From assembly GCA_964106645.2 (NCBI GenBank), contig OZ067045.1: a stretch of 64,000 nt of DNA; one strand, given 5' to 3'. Below, in pieces: positions 1-11,203 of this stretch; the first letter of the stretch is position 1, and each line of letters starts with the position of its first letter. Made by a program: the position numbers and the translations under genes. The notes under the pieces were generated by a model. The model was not told the origin of the DNA and made no database searches. It saw only the letters and a list, made by a program, of their open reading frames with translations. The stretch comes from Podarcis pityusensis (taxonomy: Eukaryota).

Positions 1-860
1 GGATCACGTCCTGATGCAGGTTGGACTCATAGCAGCTATCCCTCTCTGCAATTAAGGTGTTCCACCCTCTGAGAGCTACGGATTCTGGTGGATTCCTGAA
101 TGCTCTGGGGCACTTTCTGGTGGACAGAGCAGGTGATCCTGTTGAGGCTGTTGTCTCACTATGGAATGAAGAGAACTATTGCAGAGGACTACTGACATGA
201 TCACTCCTGAGTATCCTCTTCGGCACTGTGGAGCCTGCAATGTCCCCCGGTATTCTACGGAGTTGTGTGCAATGAAACAGGCTAGATGACTGCTATAGTG
301 CTGGTGGTATAGATCTTGTTCCAAGGGCTAGCAAACAATGATTAAAGTGCATAATCACACCTCCCATGTGGCATCAAGGGCATGGCCTCCACTGTGTCCT
401 CAAGTAATTGTCCAGGAAAGCTTCACAGGCTTGTCTGAAACCTGGTCTCATCTGCTGGTAGGAATGGGCCTCTGGAGGCAATGAAAGCCTGTTGTGGTCC
501 ATTGTTTTGAGAATACAGTTTTGCTTGATGCTGCAACATTTCCTGAGAGGAATTTGGGACATCAGCCTCCCCCCATCCTGCCGCCACCACTTGCCCCCCT
601 CCCACCTCACCTTGGCCATCTGTCCCTCTCCCCACACTGCCAACTGTAGAAACAGAGGCTACAGCATGCCAGAAGCACATCATCAGCATGCTTCTGGAAA
701 AGATAGTGGCCTGGGCCACAGGCAGAAGCCATAGTACTGTGCCCAAAATGGGACAAATGGGATTACTTTCAGAAGCCAAGGTGGCTTCTGTAAATCCATG
801 ATATCCCAGTAAAATTGGGGCAGTTGGGTGGGATGCTATTACCTGTTTTTCCCCCTTCAG

Positions 861-1715
861 GGCTACCTGGCAATGAAGATAATCAATCCGATGGGAGGGA
901 GACGCTCCATAATATACCAAATGCCTCCAAAGAAGAAGGAAACTCTTGAGAGGCCACCTGAAGAAGCTCCTGAAACACTGCCTCCAGTTGCTGAGAGACC
1001 ACTCCCAGCTCCCAATAAGTTGCCACCCACTCCCCAAAATCTACTCACAACTCCCGAGGAAACACCCACTACTCTCAAACCTCCCACTCCCAAGAAACCA
1101 CCTAAAGCTCCCAAGAAACCACCCAAAACTCCCAAGAAACCAGCTCCAAAGAAGCCACCCAAAACTCCCAAGAAACCAGCTCCAGCTCCCAAGAAACCAC
1201 CCAAAACTCCCAAGGAATCACCTCCAGTTCCCAAGAAACCAACTCCAGCTCCCAAGAAACCATCCAAAGCTCCCAATAAACCAACCAAAACTCCCAAGGA
1301 ATCACCTCCAGTTCCCAAAAAATCAACTCCAGCTCCCAAGAAACCACCCAAAACTCCCAAGGAATCACCTCCAGTTCCCAAAAAATCAACTCCAGCTCCC
1401 AAGAAACCATCCAAAGCTCCCAAGAAATCACCCAAAGCTCCCAAGAAACCACCCAAAGCTCCCAAGAAATCACCCAAAGCTCCCAAGAAATCACCCAAGG
1501 CTCCTAAGAAACTACCCAAAGCTCCCCAAAAATCACCTCCAGTTCCCAAAAAATCACCTCCAGTTCCCAAGAAACCACCCAAAACTCCCAAGAAACCACC
1601 CAAAGCTCCCAAAAAATCACCTCCAGCTCCCACAAAACCACCCAAAGCTCCCAAGAAGCAACCATCCACTCCCAAGAAGCCACCACTGATTCGCAAAAAA
1701 AGGCGTACCTGGTAG
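861..1715 (+). CDS. FER1L5: Terminal coding exon of a ferlin, probably FER1L5, with a long Pro/Lys-rich repeat tail (284 aa + stop)
   Basis: Polypyrimidine tract plus AG acceptor (tgtttttcccccttcag, AG at 859-860) precedes GGC TAC CTG GCA ATG AAG ATA ATC AAT CCG = GYLAMKIINP. This resembles the post-TM segment that opens ferlin last exons (dysferlin NYAAMKLVKP, myoferlin NYLSMKIVKP, human FER1L5 HYLAMSWIKP, as recalled). The exon is convergent with the LMAN2L 3' end, as FER1L5 is in human. TAG at 1713-1715, with AATAAA downstream. The TM exon is not visible in the window. Confidence 0.72.
   Translation, partial: GYLAMKIINPMGGRRSIIYQMPPKKKETLERPPEEAPETLPPVAERPLPAPNKLPPTPQNLLTTPEETPTTLKPPTPKKPPKAPKKPPKTPKKPAPKKPPKTPKKPAPAPKKPPKTPKESPPVPKKPTPAPKKPSKAPNKPTKTPKESPPVPKKSTPAPKKPPKTPKESPPVPKKSTPAPKKPSKAPKKSPKAPKKPPKAPKKSPKAPKKSPKAPKKLPKAPQKSPPVPKKSPPVPKKPPKTPKKPPKAPKKSPPAPTKPPKAPKKQPSTPKKPPLIRKKRRTW
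1092..1694 (+). repeat. Coding 21-nt tandem repeat (consensus ~AAGAAACCACCCAAAGCTCCC = KKPPKAP), ~29 units
   Basis: Heptads read directly: KKPPKAP, KKPPKTP, KESPPVP, KKSTPAP, KKSPKAP and others. One unit is 15 nt (KKPAP). More degenerate units lie upstream from ~948. Confidence 0.95.
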
Positions 1716-1943
1716 TTAGCTGCAGTGGAAGCAAATTATATCTCCAAATGCTGTTGCTTATAATGTCTTGCACCAGAGGACCACTCTGTTCATGCTCCAT
1801 CTTGCCTCCAGATATCTGGCAAAAATGGAGCATAGCTGCTTCTAAATCATAAGCCTACATCAGACAATCCTCACCTAATCTTTGCCTTCCTACAATTATG
1901 AAGGCCTTCTGATCCCAACCACAAATTTACAGCAGCATCACTG

Positions 1944-2099
1944 AATAAAACTAGCTTGGGGTGGGGAAGCAGGGGGTAAAGCACCACTGTAGAAACAGAC
2001 TATCCAAACAAACTTATGTTCAATTCCCGCCCATCCATCACCATATATTTTAGCATATTTCACTCTCACAGACTATCATATTCCCATAAAAAAAATAAA
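1944..2099 (+). terminator. Candidate polyadenylation signals of the ferlin terminal exon
   Basis: AATAAA at 1944-1949 and 2094-2099. The second is followed by GT-rich sequence (gtgggattgttggtatttg). Confidence 0.5.
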
Positions 2100-2329
2100 A
2101 GTTAAGCCCTAAGTCTCGCTGCTTCTAGAAGTGGGATTGTTGGTATTTGCTGAGCAATCCTGTGGGGTGTGCAACTGGCTTGGGTGGGGCTGCACTCCCC
2201 CTAAAGGGTCAGGCAAGCAGCTTGCGGTGGGGGGGGGGTCATTGGCTTGGCACTCTTTGGGGTGGAACAACATCTTCAGCCATGTCTTACTAACAACGTC
2301 TGTGGCCTTACTAAAGAGAAGGCATGCCT

Positions 2330-2640
2330 TGCCTCAGTGATACAGGATGGGGTTAGATTACTGCAATGAGCTTCACATGGAGTAACCCTTGAAGACAGTT
2401 CAGAAACTTTATTTGGTGGCATATGTGGGAGCTAAAATGCTTGGATCACACGGGACCTGTTTGCACCAGTTATGTTGCTTACCTATTTGCTTCTGACCCC
2501 AGTTTAAGGTGTTGCCACTGACCTTTAAACCTTAGTTTGGGACCAGGTTATCTGAAGGGTCCTCTGCACTCATAAAAACCTGCCTGAGACATCCTCCTGC
2601 CTGAGGTGAAAGTCCATACATGCCTCATTCCAGTAGCTGA
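2330..2640 (+). mobile_element. Degraded L2-type LINE fragment
   Basis: ttagattactgcaat...cccttgaagacagttcagaaactt...tttaaggtgttg...acctttaaa resembles the L2 RT C-terminal region (LDYCN...LPLKTVQKL). Boundaries approximate. Confidence 0.55.
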
Positions 2641-2719
2641 CTTTTCCTTCAGTATTGGTGTCCTCTACAGCACTGGAGGGCAGGCAGCTATTTATTGTTT
2701 GTTTGTTTTTGTTTGTTTA

Positions 2720-2921
2720 ATAACCCCCCTTTCCTCTCAGGAGCTCAAGGTGTCATATTTGCTCTCCCTCTCCCTGTATTATCCTCACCACAACCAGTGA
2801 CGTGGGTTGGGCTGAGATATGGTAGGTGACTGGCCCAACATCGGGCTTCATGGCTGGGTGGGGATTTGGACCCTGGTCTCCCAGGCCCTAGGCCAACACC
2901 CAATCCACTACACCACCACAC
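2720..2921 (-). mobile_element. MIR/CORE-like SINE
   Basis: tcctcaccacaacc...gtgactggcccaa...ggatttggaccctggtctccca...ccactacaccac is the reverse complement of a tRNA-headed CORE SINE. Related copies at ~34700-34785 (-) and ~53675-53780 (+). Confidence 0.55.
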
Positions 2922-4149
2922 TCACGGACCGCATCTGTGTGTCTCAAGAGACAATGGAGCGTGCTTCCAGGGATGAGCTCAAACCATTGCATTAGTAGCA
3001 CCAGTGTCACCTCCCCAAGGTGCAAGACAAAGTGATCCTCTCGGCCTCACTGATGGGGCCCAAGAAGAGCAAGATGTTTGGCACCAGCTTGGCTGCAGGA
3101 GCTGCTTAAAGGCGGCGTACGAGGCACCATCCAACTGACTTAGGGACTCCAGATTTGCGTAGGGTTTACTCCTGAGCCTTTTCTTCTCCCAAAGATGTTC
3201 TGCAAAGCAGCGGAGGTTTAGGATCAGTTTTCCTGCTTCTAGATTCCCAGGTTGATGAGTCCTACCTGCTCTTCACTGCTCTTGTCAGATGGAACATGCA
3301 AGACAGGTAGGTGATACTTGTTACTGAAACATATTTACATGAATTTGTATCTGAGACTGAGCAATGTTTACAGACTGGCTCTGATGCAGACATAATAATA
3401 ATTTATTATTTATACCCCACCCACCTGGCTGGATTTCCCCAGCCACTCTGGACAGCTTCTTTATGGGCTTATGTTTAAGCAAACATTTACCTGCTGCTGT
3501 TATATTCAAGGTTACACTGAGTGCTGTTTAAAACATTGTTTAAAATAATTTGGAATGTATTATCTATATTGCACCATCTGTGCACAAGACAACAAAGAGC
3601 AGTCCTAACAGGCTCCTGCCCCAAAGGAGACACAATCTAAAATAGACACAGGGAAGCAACAGAAGAGAGAAATTGGAGGTATTCAAATATGAGCTTTCAA
3701 TGTGGAGTTCTTCGTTTTGAGAGAGAGGCAGATTCCCCTTCCCCTTTTAAAGGAAAGATGTCCCATTTTGAGGGGGGTTTTTTGGAATAAGCAGACTGTA
3801 TCAAACTTCCAGGACAGGTGGAAGCCCCTGACTGCCTGTGGGATTTCAGTCAGTCCCAACACATGTTCATTCCATGTGGTGCCCCTGGCGGAGGCTGGGG
3901 GCTATGGAGTTGCCCTGTTGGGAACTCTACCACCCTCACAAATGTGGGGCATGGCAAGCTAGGAGAGGGCTTGCTTTGCAGCAACCCCTGAATCAGGACT
4001 GGTGACATCTAGCCATCCCCCATGTTGGCTGAGGCTAATGGAAGCTGGAGTCAAGGAACACCTGGAGAGCCAGTGGCTTCACCTTCCCTGTCATAGCTCA
4101 ACAAGCCTCTTATCAGCTCCAACTGATATGGCAGCTTAGACAGACCGGG

Positions 4150-4576
4150 ACACTCTGGTCACCTCCCTTTAGGACTACAGTGCACTGTAAGTAGAACTAC
4201 CTAGAAACTACAGCTGGTTCAAAATAGGCCAGTATATTTATTAATTGGACTGAGCTGTTCAATCTTATGCCAGTACCTGATCAGCCACACTGGATGCCAG
4301 GCTGCTTCCGGGGCTGGTTGAAAGCCCTTAACAGCATAAAGGTTACTCAGAACATCACATTCTCCTGCATACACTTACCCAAACCGTATTATCCTCCTCA
4401 AAGCCCTTGATCCATGTGCCAACACTCTAGTGAAGTGATGTGCATGGCTCCTTGCGAAGAGATCAGCACTTCAGCTACAGAATAGCCTCACATCTGGCAT
4501 CTTCTTTGCTCTTTTCGGCACCAGATGAAGATCCTTTTATCCACCCAAGCATTGTAAAAAACTTACACTTGAAAAT
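4150..4576 (+). mobile_element. Degraded L2-type LINE fragment, interrupted by a solo LTR
   Basis: ctctggtcacctcc...ggactac...aactacagctggttcaaaat...cactggatgcc...aaagcccttaaca matches decayed L2 RT C-terminal sequence. An AT-rich L2-like tail appears to resume after 5013. Confidence 0.45.
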
Positions 4577-5008
4577 TGTCAGGGAACTGACATCGGAGCT
4601 AGAGGTGGAGGGAAGGCTCTCAAATGATGCTGGAGAAGGGCCCAGCCAGGAGAGAGGCAGCTCAGCAGATGGGGAAGCAATTCAGCGCAACACCAGGAAT
4701 AAAGAGGGGGAGATGGGGGAATCGGTGAGAGGGCTCCCAGACTCTTCACCGGACACCAGCGGGGAGAGCACGGGTCCTCCGCTACCCACGCCCTCCCTGC
4801 GCAGAAGACTTCCGCGCAGGGAGAGCAGGAGGAGACTGGGTGTCAAACAACTTTTATGTTGGAAACGGTTTAAGAAACGCCCACTGACGGATTCTGCTAG
4901 CGACTGAGGCAGCCACGAAGTGAAGGGCTGTCCAGACTGAAAGGTTTAACAAGGCAACTAAGCCAGGAGAGGCGGCAACTTACGCACGAGCAACCCATAC
5001 TCTTTACA
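4577..5008. mobile_element. Solo LTR (432 bp) with 5-bp target-site duplication
   Basis: Begins TGTCAGGG (4577) and ends CTTTACA (5008). Identical AAAAT flanks at 4572-4576 and 5009-5013. CpG-rich relative to the flanks, suggesting a young insertion. Confidence 0.75.
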
Positions 5009-5272
5009 AAAATAAAACAGATCTGTGCTCTTTTAACGTTAGAGTTCTGCTTCTTTGATTGTCCAAGCTGCTAACTAGTTTTATTTTTCCTCCACTGGAA
5101 AGTGAAGTTTCTATGTTACAAGTTGCTGCATTTTTAATTACTGGGCTTTTTGTATTTTAACGTCTCATTCTTCATTCTGTGAGCTGTTTAGAGATCCCAA
5201 CTGTGATAGAGTAAAAGAGAACTAAATTAAGCCACCAATGCATACAGCAGCAAAGAGACTTCAGCATCTGTG

Positions 5273-5278
5273 TTTATT
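5273..5278 (-). terminator. LMAN2L: Candidate distal LMAN2L polyadenylation signal
   Basis: TTTATT on + (AATAAA on -), with a GU/U-rich downstream element on - (gtctctttgctgctgtatgc). Alternative hexamers at 7824-7829 and ~9808. Confidence 0.35.
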
Positions 5279-6305
5279 GTCAAGACACAAAAACAAATAC
5301 AGAGAAAAAGGCAGACGAGCATACAATCTTTTTACCAGATCAGGCAAAAAAAAAGGGGGGGGGGTCTTTGAAAGAGGCAATGCTTCCTGGCTACAATATT
5401 GCTTCATCACTATTTCAAGCAGCCTTCACCAAGCAGGTGTTCAGTAGATCTTTGAGCCTAGATCTACTATCAGCTCCAGCCATGCTGTTTGGAGCTAATG
5501 AGGGTTGTCAGCCAAAATATCCAAAGGGCACCGTGTTGGCAAAGGCTGATGTAGGAAACTTATCTTCAGAAAGAGGAAGGGTCCTCCTGCAGCCATTAAT
5601 TCAGCAGCAGCCCCACAGCCAGATGCTGACCCTGCTGAAGCACAGCATTTGGGCGTCAGTGAAAGTGAAGCCCCCACATTAAAAAAGCAGGACACTGCAG
5701 TGGGTGTTTTCCTTTAGCAAGGAAGGTACTGGCGTCCCTCGTGTCATGCTTTGCTTGATGCTCTAGGACCCAGGACCAGAATACAGAAAGGCGCTTGGCA
5801 TTGTTGGAGCAGCTTCTGGAGGCTCACATGCTCCCCCAATTCTACATCGTACCAAGGCTGAGCATTAGTCTGTCTAGGCCGGGGGGGAGTAGATCTCTGG
5901 CCGGTTTGGCAAGTGTTTGCTTCTCAATCCTTTAGCGATGGCAACAAATGCAAAAGGCTGCTTCACTACAAATTAGGCCACTGAATTCAAGAACACTTGG
6001 TGTTTGTGGGTCACAAGACCCAGAAGCTCACTTTTGTTACTAAATTCAAATTACTGCACTGTGCAGTGAGCAAAAGGCACCCTGTTCATGCAGGTGCACC
6101 CAGCTCTTAAAGCAACTAGTCTTCCACTTAGCGCAGGTGGTGAATCTTGGGGGGTTCAAATAAAACAAAATAGATCCTGGAAGCTTGAAGTCTGCCCACC
6201 CAATGAAGTGTTTTTCCAAAGCCTTAAAGCAGCATTTTGTTTTTAAAAACTAGAGGTGCCAGGAATTGATCCAAAGCTTCCTGTATGCAAAGCATGTGAT
6301 CTCCC

Positions 6306-6511
6306 CAGGGCTGCCACACATCCAGGTCTTCCTGGACATTACCAGGATTTCAAAGGTGGAATTAATATCTGGGGGGAATTTCCTAAAGGTGGTGCTTTGT
6401 CCTGCTGGATCTTAGGTAAGTCAATTGAAAAATCTCGGGTTTTTTGTGTAAAAAAAAAAGCTCAACTTTTGGGGTGCCCTGGTTTTTACTTTTTGAAATA
6501 TGGCAACCCTA
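6306..6511. mobile_element. hAT-like MITE with (T/C)AGGG(T/C)TGCCA termini
   Basis: cagggctgccac ... atatggcaacccta are inverted termini, of the same type as 30531-30577. Confidence 0.5.
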
Positions 6512-9500
6512 GTTCTACCTTCGTTTGTGGAGGTTGCAACACTGATATAGAAGTAAACTGCGCAACCCACTTGAGCATTTGTGGCAGGTCTCACCCCTTA
6601 GGGATCCACTGTCACTAATCCAGAACTCTTATTGAAACAATGGGGAAAGCATGCCATCTTCCTCCTCCTTCCACTGCTCACTATCACAACTGCCACTGGA
6701 GGCAACCAGGGAGGCTCCCCCTTGATAGCACAAAGATCTGCTGAGTCTTGGGCCGGAAGCTGCACCTCACCTTGGTGAGCTGCTGTCGAGTGCAGCATCC
6801 AACATCCAAGGGTGTGAGCATGCAGGTTCTGCAAACCATTGTGCGCCTGCCTGGGCACGTTGCTGATGGGCTTTGCCCAGCTAAGCACACCTGGACAAAC
6901 CATAAGCAGCAAACCATAGGGTAAACCGTGGTTACAGCTTGCGGTTAGCCAGGAGAGAGTTAAATCTGACAACACACTAAGCCAAACTATGGGTTCACTC
7001 AGCACAGCACAGCAGCAACACAATCAGGGAGGATCAAAGCTCTTCTTGCACAGCCTGCGTAACTGCGTTAAGCCATAGTTTGGCTTGCAAGACGTGTGGA
7101 CCAGGCCAATACAGAATGCTGTTGTCTCATGTGACCACCACCAAGTGCCTCCCTAAACAATAAAAAATACATTCACTTGTTTATATTAAGGACCCTATAA
7201 AATTACAGCCTGTTTCTGAAAAGCAGCTTGTGACAGATAGCAGCAAGATTTAAAACACATCCCCAATGAGAAGAACACAAGCTCCCTGTGAGTTCCTCAG
7301 GCCAATTCCCCAAAATCCACTAGTTGCTTCTGAGCAACTTCACCAATCATTTATGAGCAAGGGAATACTTGTACTTCATATCCCAGCTCTGAAGGCTGTT
7401 AAAGTTTTTTTTTAAAAAAAACTTATTACGAGATCATTCTGCTTAGCACAGCAACTCTCAAAATCATCCTTGTAACTAGACTCCCCCCCCCCATGTGGTT
7501 TCTTCTTCTTTCCACAAAGGATCTATTTTTATAATCAAGTCAAGCTCACCACTCTGCAGACTCCACACTTCTGCCCTCAGAGGCTCCCTCATAAGAAGTG
7601 TTCCCTGTGGGTAGGGCAAGTGGGATCGGGGCAAAAGAGCAATCTAGCCCAGGATCACTGCAGACAACATGGGCCAGAGACATTTGGGGGCAAGGTCACA
7701 ATGTGCCTCCACCCCACAATTATTCAGGGCAGTGCACGTGGTTTTCTTCTTTAAGGCTCTCCTGGAGATCCCCCACTTCTCTCCTGTTTCCCCTTTAACT
7801 AGGACAAGTTTATGAACATAGTATTTATTGCAGTTAATACAAAAGGTCAATTGCATCAGAGATAGAGACAAGCCCATGTTTATCGCTAAATAGAAAAGGC
7901 TCCTGAAAAGCAATATAATTTGTTAACTAAATTGGGATGAGGTAAGATGCAAACCAATAAGACACTTAGGCTCTCTCAAAATCCTGAGCTTTTCTTTTTA
8001 AGCATTGGCCTTTTCAGAGTTTTTGGCTTATTTGACTCCATCTTGGGGATCTTCTAAGCAGCTGGCTCATAACTTTTCACATTCCATTTTAAACTTACGT
8101 GTTAAAAAAACAAAAACCAGGTGTAGTGAATTATGATCTGGACAAACGTCAAAGCATTTTTAAGTTCCTTTCAAACTAGGGTTGAGCCAAAAGAGCAGAG
8201 GCAGGATTTGTGGTTGTTTTCAGCAGCATTGAAAAGCAAGTCCTGCTGTGTGCAGGGAAAGCAGTCTGTGTCCCACACAGCCAGATCCGGAAGTCCAGCC
8301 CTCCCTCTCAACTGGACTTCTTTGCTCTCACCCTTCAGATTTGGCCATCACCAGGTCCATTACATGATCCTTGATTGCCTGGCATTACTTGAGAAAAGAG
8401 ATCACAGAGCCAGCTTTTAAAAAATGGTAACTAAGGAAGAAAATTAACATGCTAAAGGCAAGATGACCATGAACAGGTTTAGGGAAACGTTTTTCTTTCT
8501 GCCCTTCCTTGCTCTCTCAAAGCTGAAATGAAGAATATTTAGCACAACCTGAGTTCCAATACACCAAAGTCACTGAATGTCATTATAAAACTTTAGAAGT
8601 TGGAAGGGGTGCAAAGATGAAAATATGCGCAGTGTGACAGTGACCAGGCTCTCCCCACTTCACAGTCAACATTTGTGCAAGCAGATGCATCCTCCCTTCC
8701 ACCCATGCACACCCCAAGGTAAGGCTCCTCTGCCTCGGGGGGGGGGGTCAGAGGTCAGGTCAGGCAGCCAAATTCACTGTAAATAATAAAGCCTTCAAGC
8801 ATCAGTTTTCAGGTGGAAAACGGTCCTGATGCCAATGGGCCTTTCCTCCTGCCATGCTGAACCGTGGCAAACGTTAAAATGATGACACCAATCTGACCAT
8901 TAAAAAGTGGGGGGGGAGCCCATCAGTAGGGAGGAAAGAGGGGACTTCTGAGTTGTATGGAGTGTGTTCAGTGCTGGAGAGCGATGGAGGTCAGGTTCCC
9001 CAGAGAACTGGGAAGAGTCACCTTACATATATATATAAAGGAGGTAATAGCAGCTATAAATGTCAGCAGCATTTTGTCTGAAACAGTAATTCGCCAATAA
9101 GAAAATAAATCCCCACTCAGCATCCTGTCTACCTTTCACTTTTCACATCAGCTTCTAGGTGCTCTGGCATAGTGCACTGCCTTCCACATTACTCGGCAGA
9201 TCAGCTGTGTGCTCAGGAAAACAACAGCAGGCAAAAGATGACTTTCAGGGAAGTGAGGCCACTAGGAGAGGCGGATTTAGGGAAACGCCTGCACTGGGCG
9301 CCGAGCTGAGAGGGCTCCACAGCGGGTGCTTCAACAATGAGGAAGAACAGAAGACAAGAGGCGGGGGCACCAAATTTTGGCATTGCACAGAGTGCCTCTG
9401 AAACGTTAGCCTCAAGTCTGCCACTGCTCCCAGTACTGATCTCTGGAACCACCAGCCACCAGGCTTCTGGTGGGACCTAGGAAGAAGAGGCATCCTGTCC

Positions 9501-10626
9501 TTTCCATCACACAGCTGGCTAGCAAGGCTCAGAGGAAGACTGGCAAGGGAGGCCCCTCAGCTGAGCTCCTGTCAATGGAGCAGCTAGTATTCCCCCACCC
9601 AACCTCCATTAGCAGAGGCAGAGCAACCAGGGGAAAGAGGAAAGAACACATAGGGGCTGCCTTTTAGCTGCTGTAGGAGTCAACTGCTTTGTAGCACCTG
9701 AATAAAAACATACAGCAGTTTGTCCAGTTAGGAAAGCCAGAAGGTCTCAATTTGGAGTGGGAGGGACAGGCTGCCATTTATTTTAGGAGGGAGGGCATTC
9801 ACATTTGTTTATTCTACAGGGTGGTGTCTTTGTAAACTAGAGGAAAAATAAGAGTAAAGGTATATTTGTGGGACATAAGGTAAGGATACCTTGGTTTCTT
9901 ATAGATACAAGCTTCCCGGCTTCCCTTGCCAAGCTAGCTGGTTGGGGCTGATGGGAGCTGTAGTCCAAAACTGGAGGGTGCTAGGTTGCCAAAGACTGAT
10001 CTACATGCTAGTTAAGGCATCCCAGTAAAACAATGTTAGCTAACCTGTGGCCCTCCATATACTGCTGGACTACAACTCCCATCATCCCCAACCACTGGCG
10101 ATTCTGGCTGGGGCTGACAAGAGCTGGAATACAACATCTGCAAAACTCAGCTTAGCCACCCCCTGCAGTAGAACATCCAGACCAAACAGCCTTGATCAAC
10201 ATACCAGTGTGTCGACACCCACCCAACTACTCTGGTTTCCAACCAGTCTCCACAGGGAACAGCAGAGGTTACCAAATCCAGATCTCATTGGCTAAACGTC
10301 TCTCCCATCTACATAGAGCGATGTGATGAATGTTCACTTCACATTGCATGATCAAGGATATGTCTATAAAGTCTTGTAGAAATGCCAGTGTTGAAAACTC
10401 ACAGTTCAAAGCAGTCAAAGTAGAGCAGAGTGATATGGCTGCCTCCATCATTGGGGGCCCACCACCAATCCAAAGGCTGCCATTGAAGTATAAGATCCAG
10501 ATGGACAGGAGTCCTCACAGCATGGCTTCTGGAAACTAGCTGCCTGCATAGGCAACCACCCATGCCAACAAAACCAATGACCCTCCAGAAGGCAAAGGAG
10601 GAGGAATGCAACAGGACGCCTCCAAA

Positions 10627-10769
10627 TCAGTAAAAGTGTTTCCGGCTCTGTTCCTGCCATTTGTTGTAGACTATAATTCCAATGACGATGGCAAACACGA
10701 TGGCAACCAACGAGAAGAAGACTATCAAGAAGAGAGCAAGGCCACTCATTGGTTCCATTGGAGTCTCTA
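10627..10769 (-). CDS. LMAN2L: LMAN2L last coding exon (exon 9): TM helix and cytosolic tail
   Basis: tttgcag acceptor. Translates (I)ETPMEPMSGLALFLIVFFSLVAIVFAIVIGIIVYNKWQEQSRKHFY*, with TGA at 10629-10627. 143 nt, phase 1. Confidence 0.96.
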
Positions 10770-11066
10770 CTGCAAAGGATGGAAACACAGATCAGGCTCA
10801 GCTACCAAGAAATAGCCATGAAAAACCTTGTGCCTCTTTGGCTGAATTCCTTGGCCAAACTTAGCTTCACGTCAAGAAAGGTTAGCAGAGTGAGTAGGCA
10901 TGGAGGACAAATTTAGCTTGTGGTTGACTATTAGCCAGAATACCTAGATGGGATCTAAATCTCAGATGTATTGTGCCTTTGAGTAACAGATTCTGGGAAG
11001 AGCAGCAGCAGGGGCTCATCTAGAGATCAAAGGTCCATCTAAGCTCAGTGCTTTCTATACCAGGGA

Positions 11067-11203
11067 AGGGGGTGCCTAACTGGTGGCCCTCTGGATGTTT
11101 CTCAACTACAACTCCCATCACCCCTGACCACTGGCCATGCTGGCTGGGGCTCATGGGAGTTGGAATCCAACCACATCTGGAGGGCCACAGCTCCCCACCT
11201 CTG
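11067..11203. mobile_element. Short palindromic hAT-derived MITE
   Basis: ggccctctggatg...actacaactcccatca...tgggagttgg...catctggagggcc is internally palindromic. Many similar copies occur in the window. Confidence 0.6.

Noticed and set aside
828-860. N-terminal MGCYYLFFPLQ of the 295-aa ORF as a standalone gene start, or a histone H1-like gene
   Set aside because: It starts at GTG and is simply the intron polypyrimidine tract and AG. There is no H1 globular domain.
1-860. Penultimate (TM-encoding) ferlin exon
   Set aside because: No hydrophobic TM-like plus-strand segment bounded by splice sites was recognised. It is presumably upstream of the window, which limits confidence in the FER1L5 call.
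1092-1694. CRISPR-like array
   Set aside because: The units are contiguous tandem repeats without unique spacers, in eukaryotic DNA, with no cas genes.
863-1696. 277-aa Gly/Phe/Leu-rich minus-strand ORF, and the 247-aa LPRNHPK frame (946-1689)
   Set aside because: These are shadows of the stop-free 21-nt repeat. Only the KKPPKAP frame is in register with the splice acceptor and the ferlin-like GYLAMKIINP motif.
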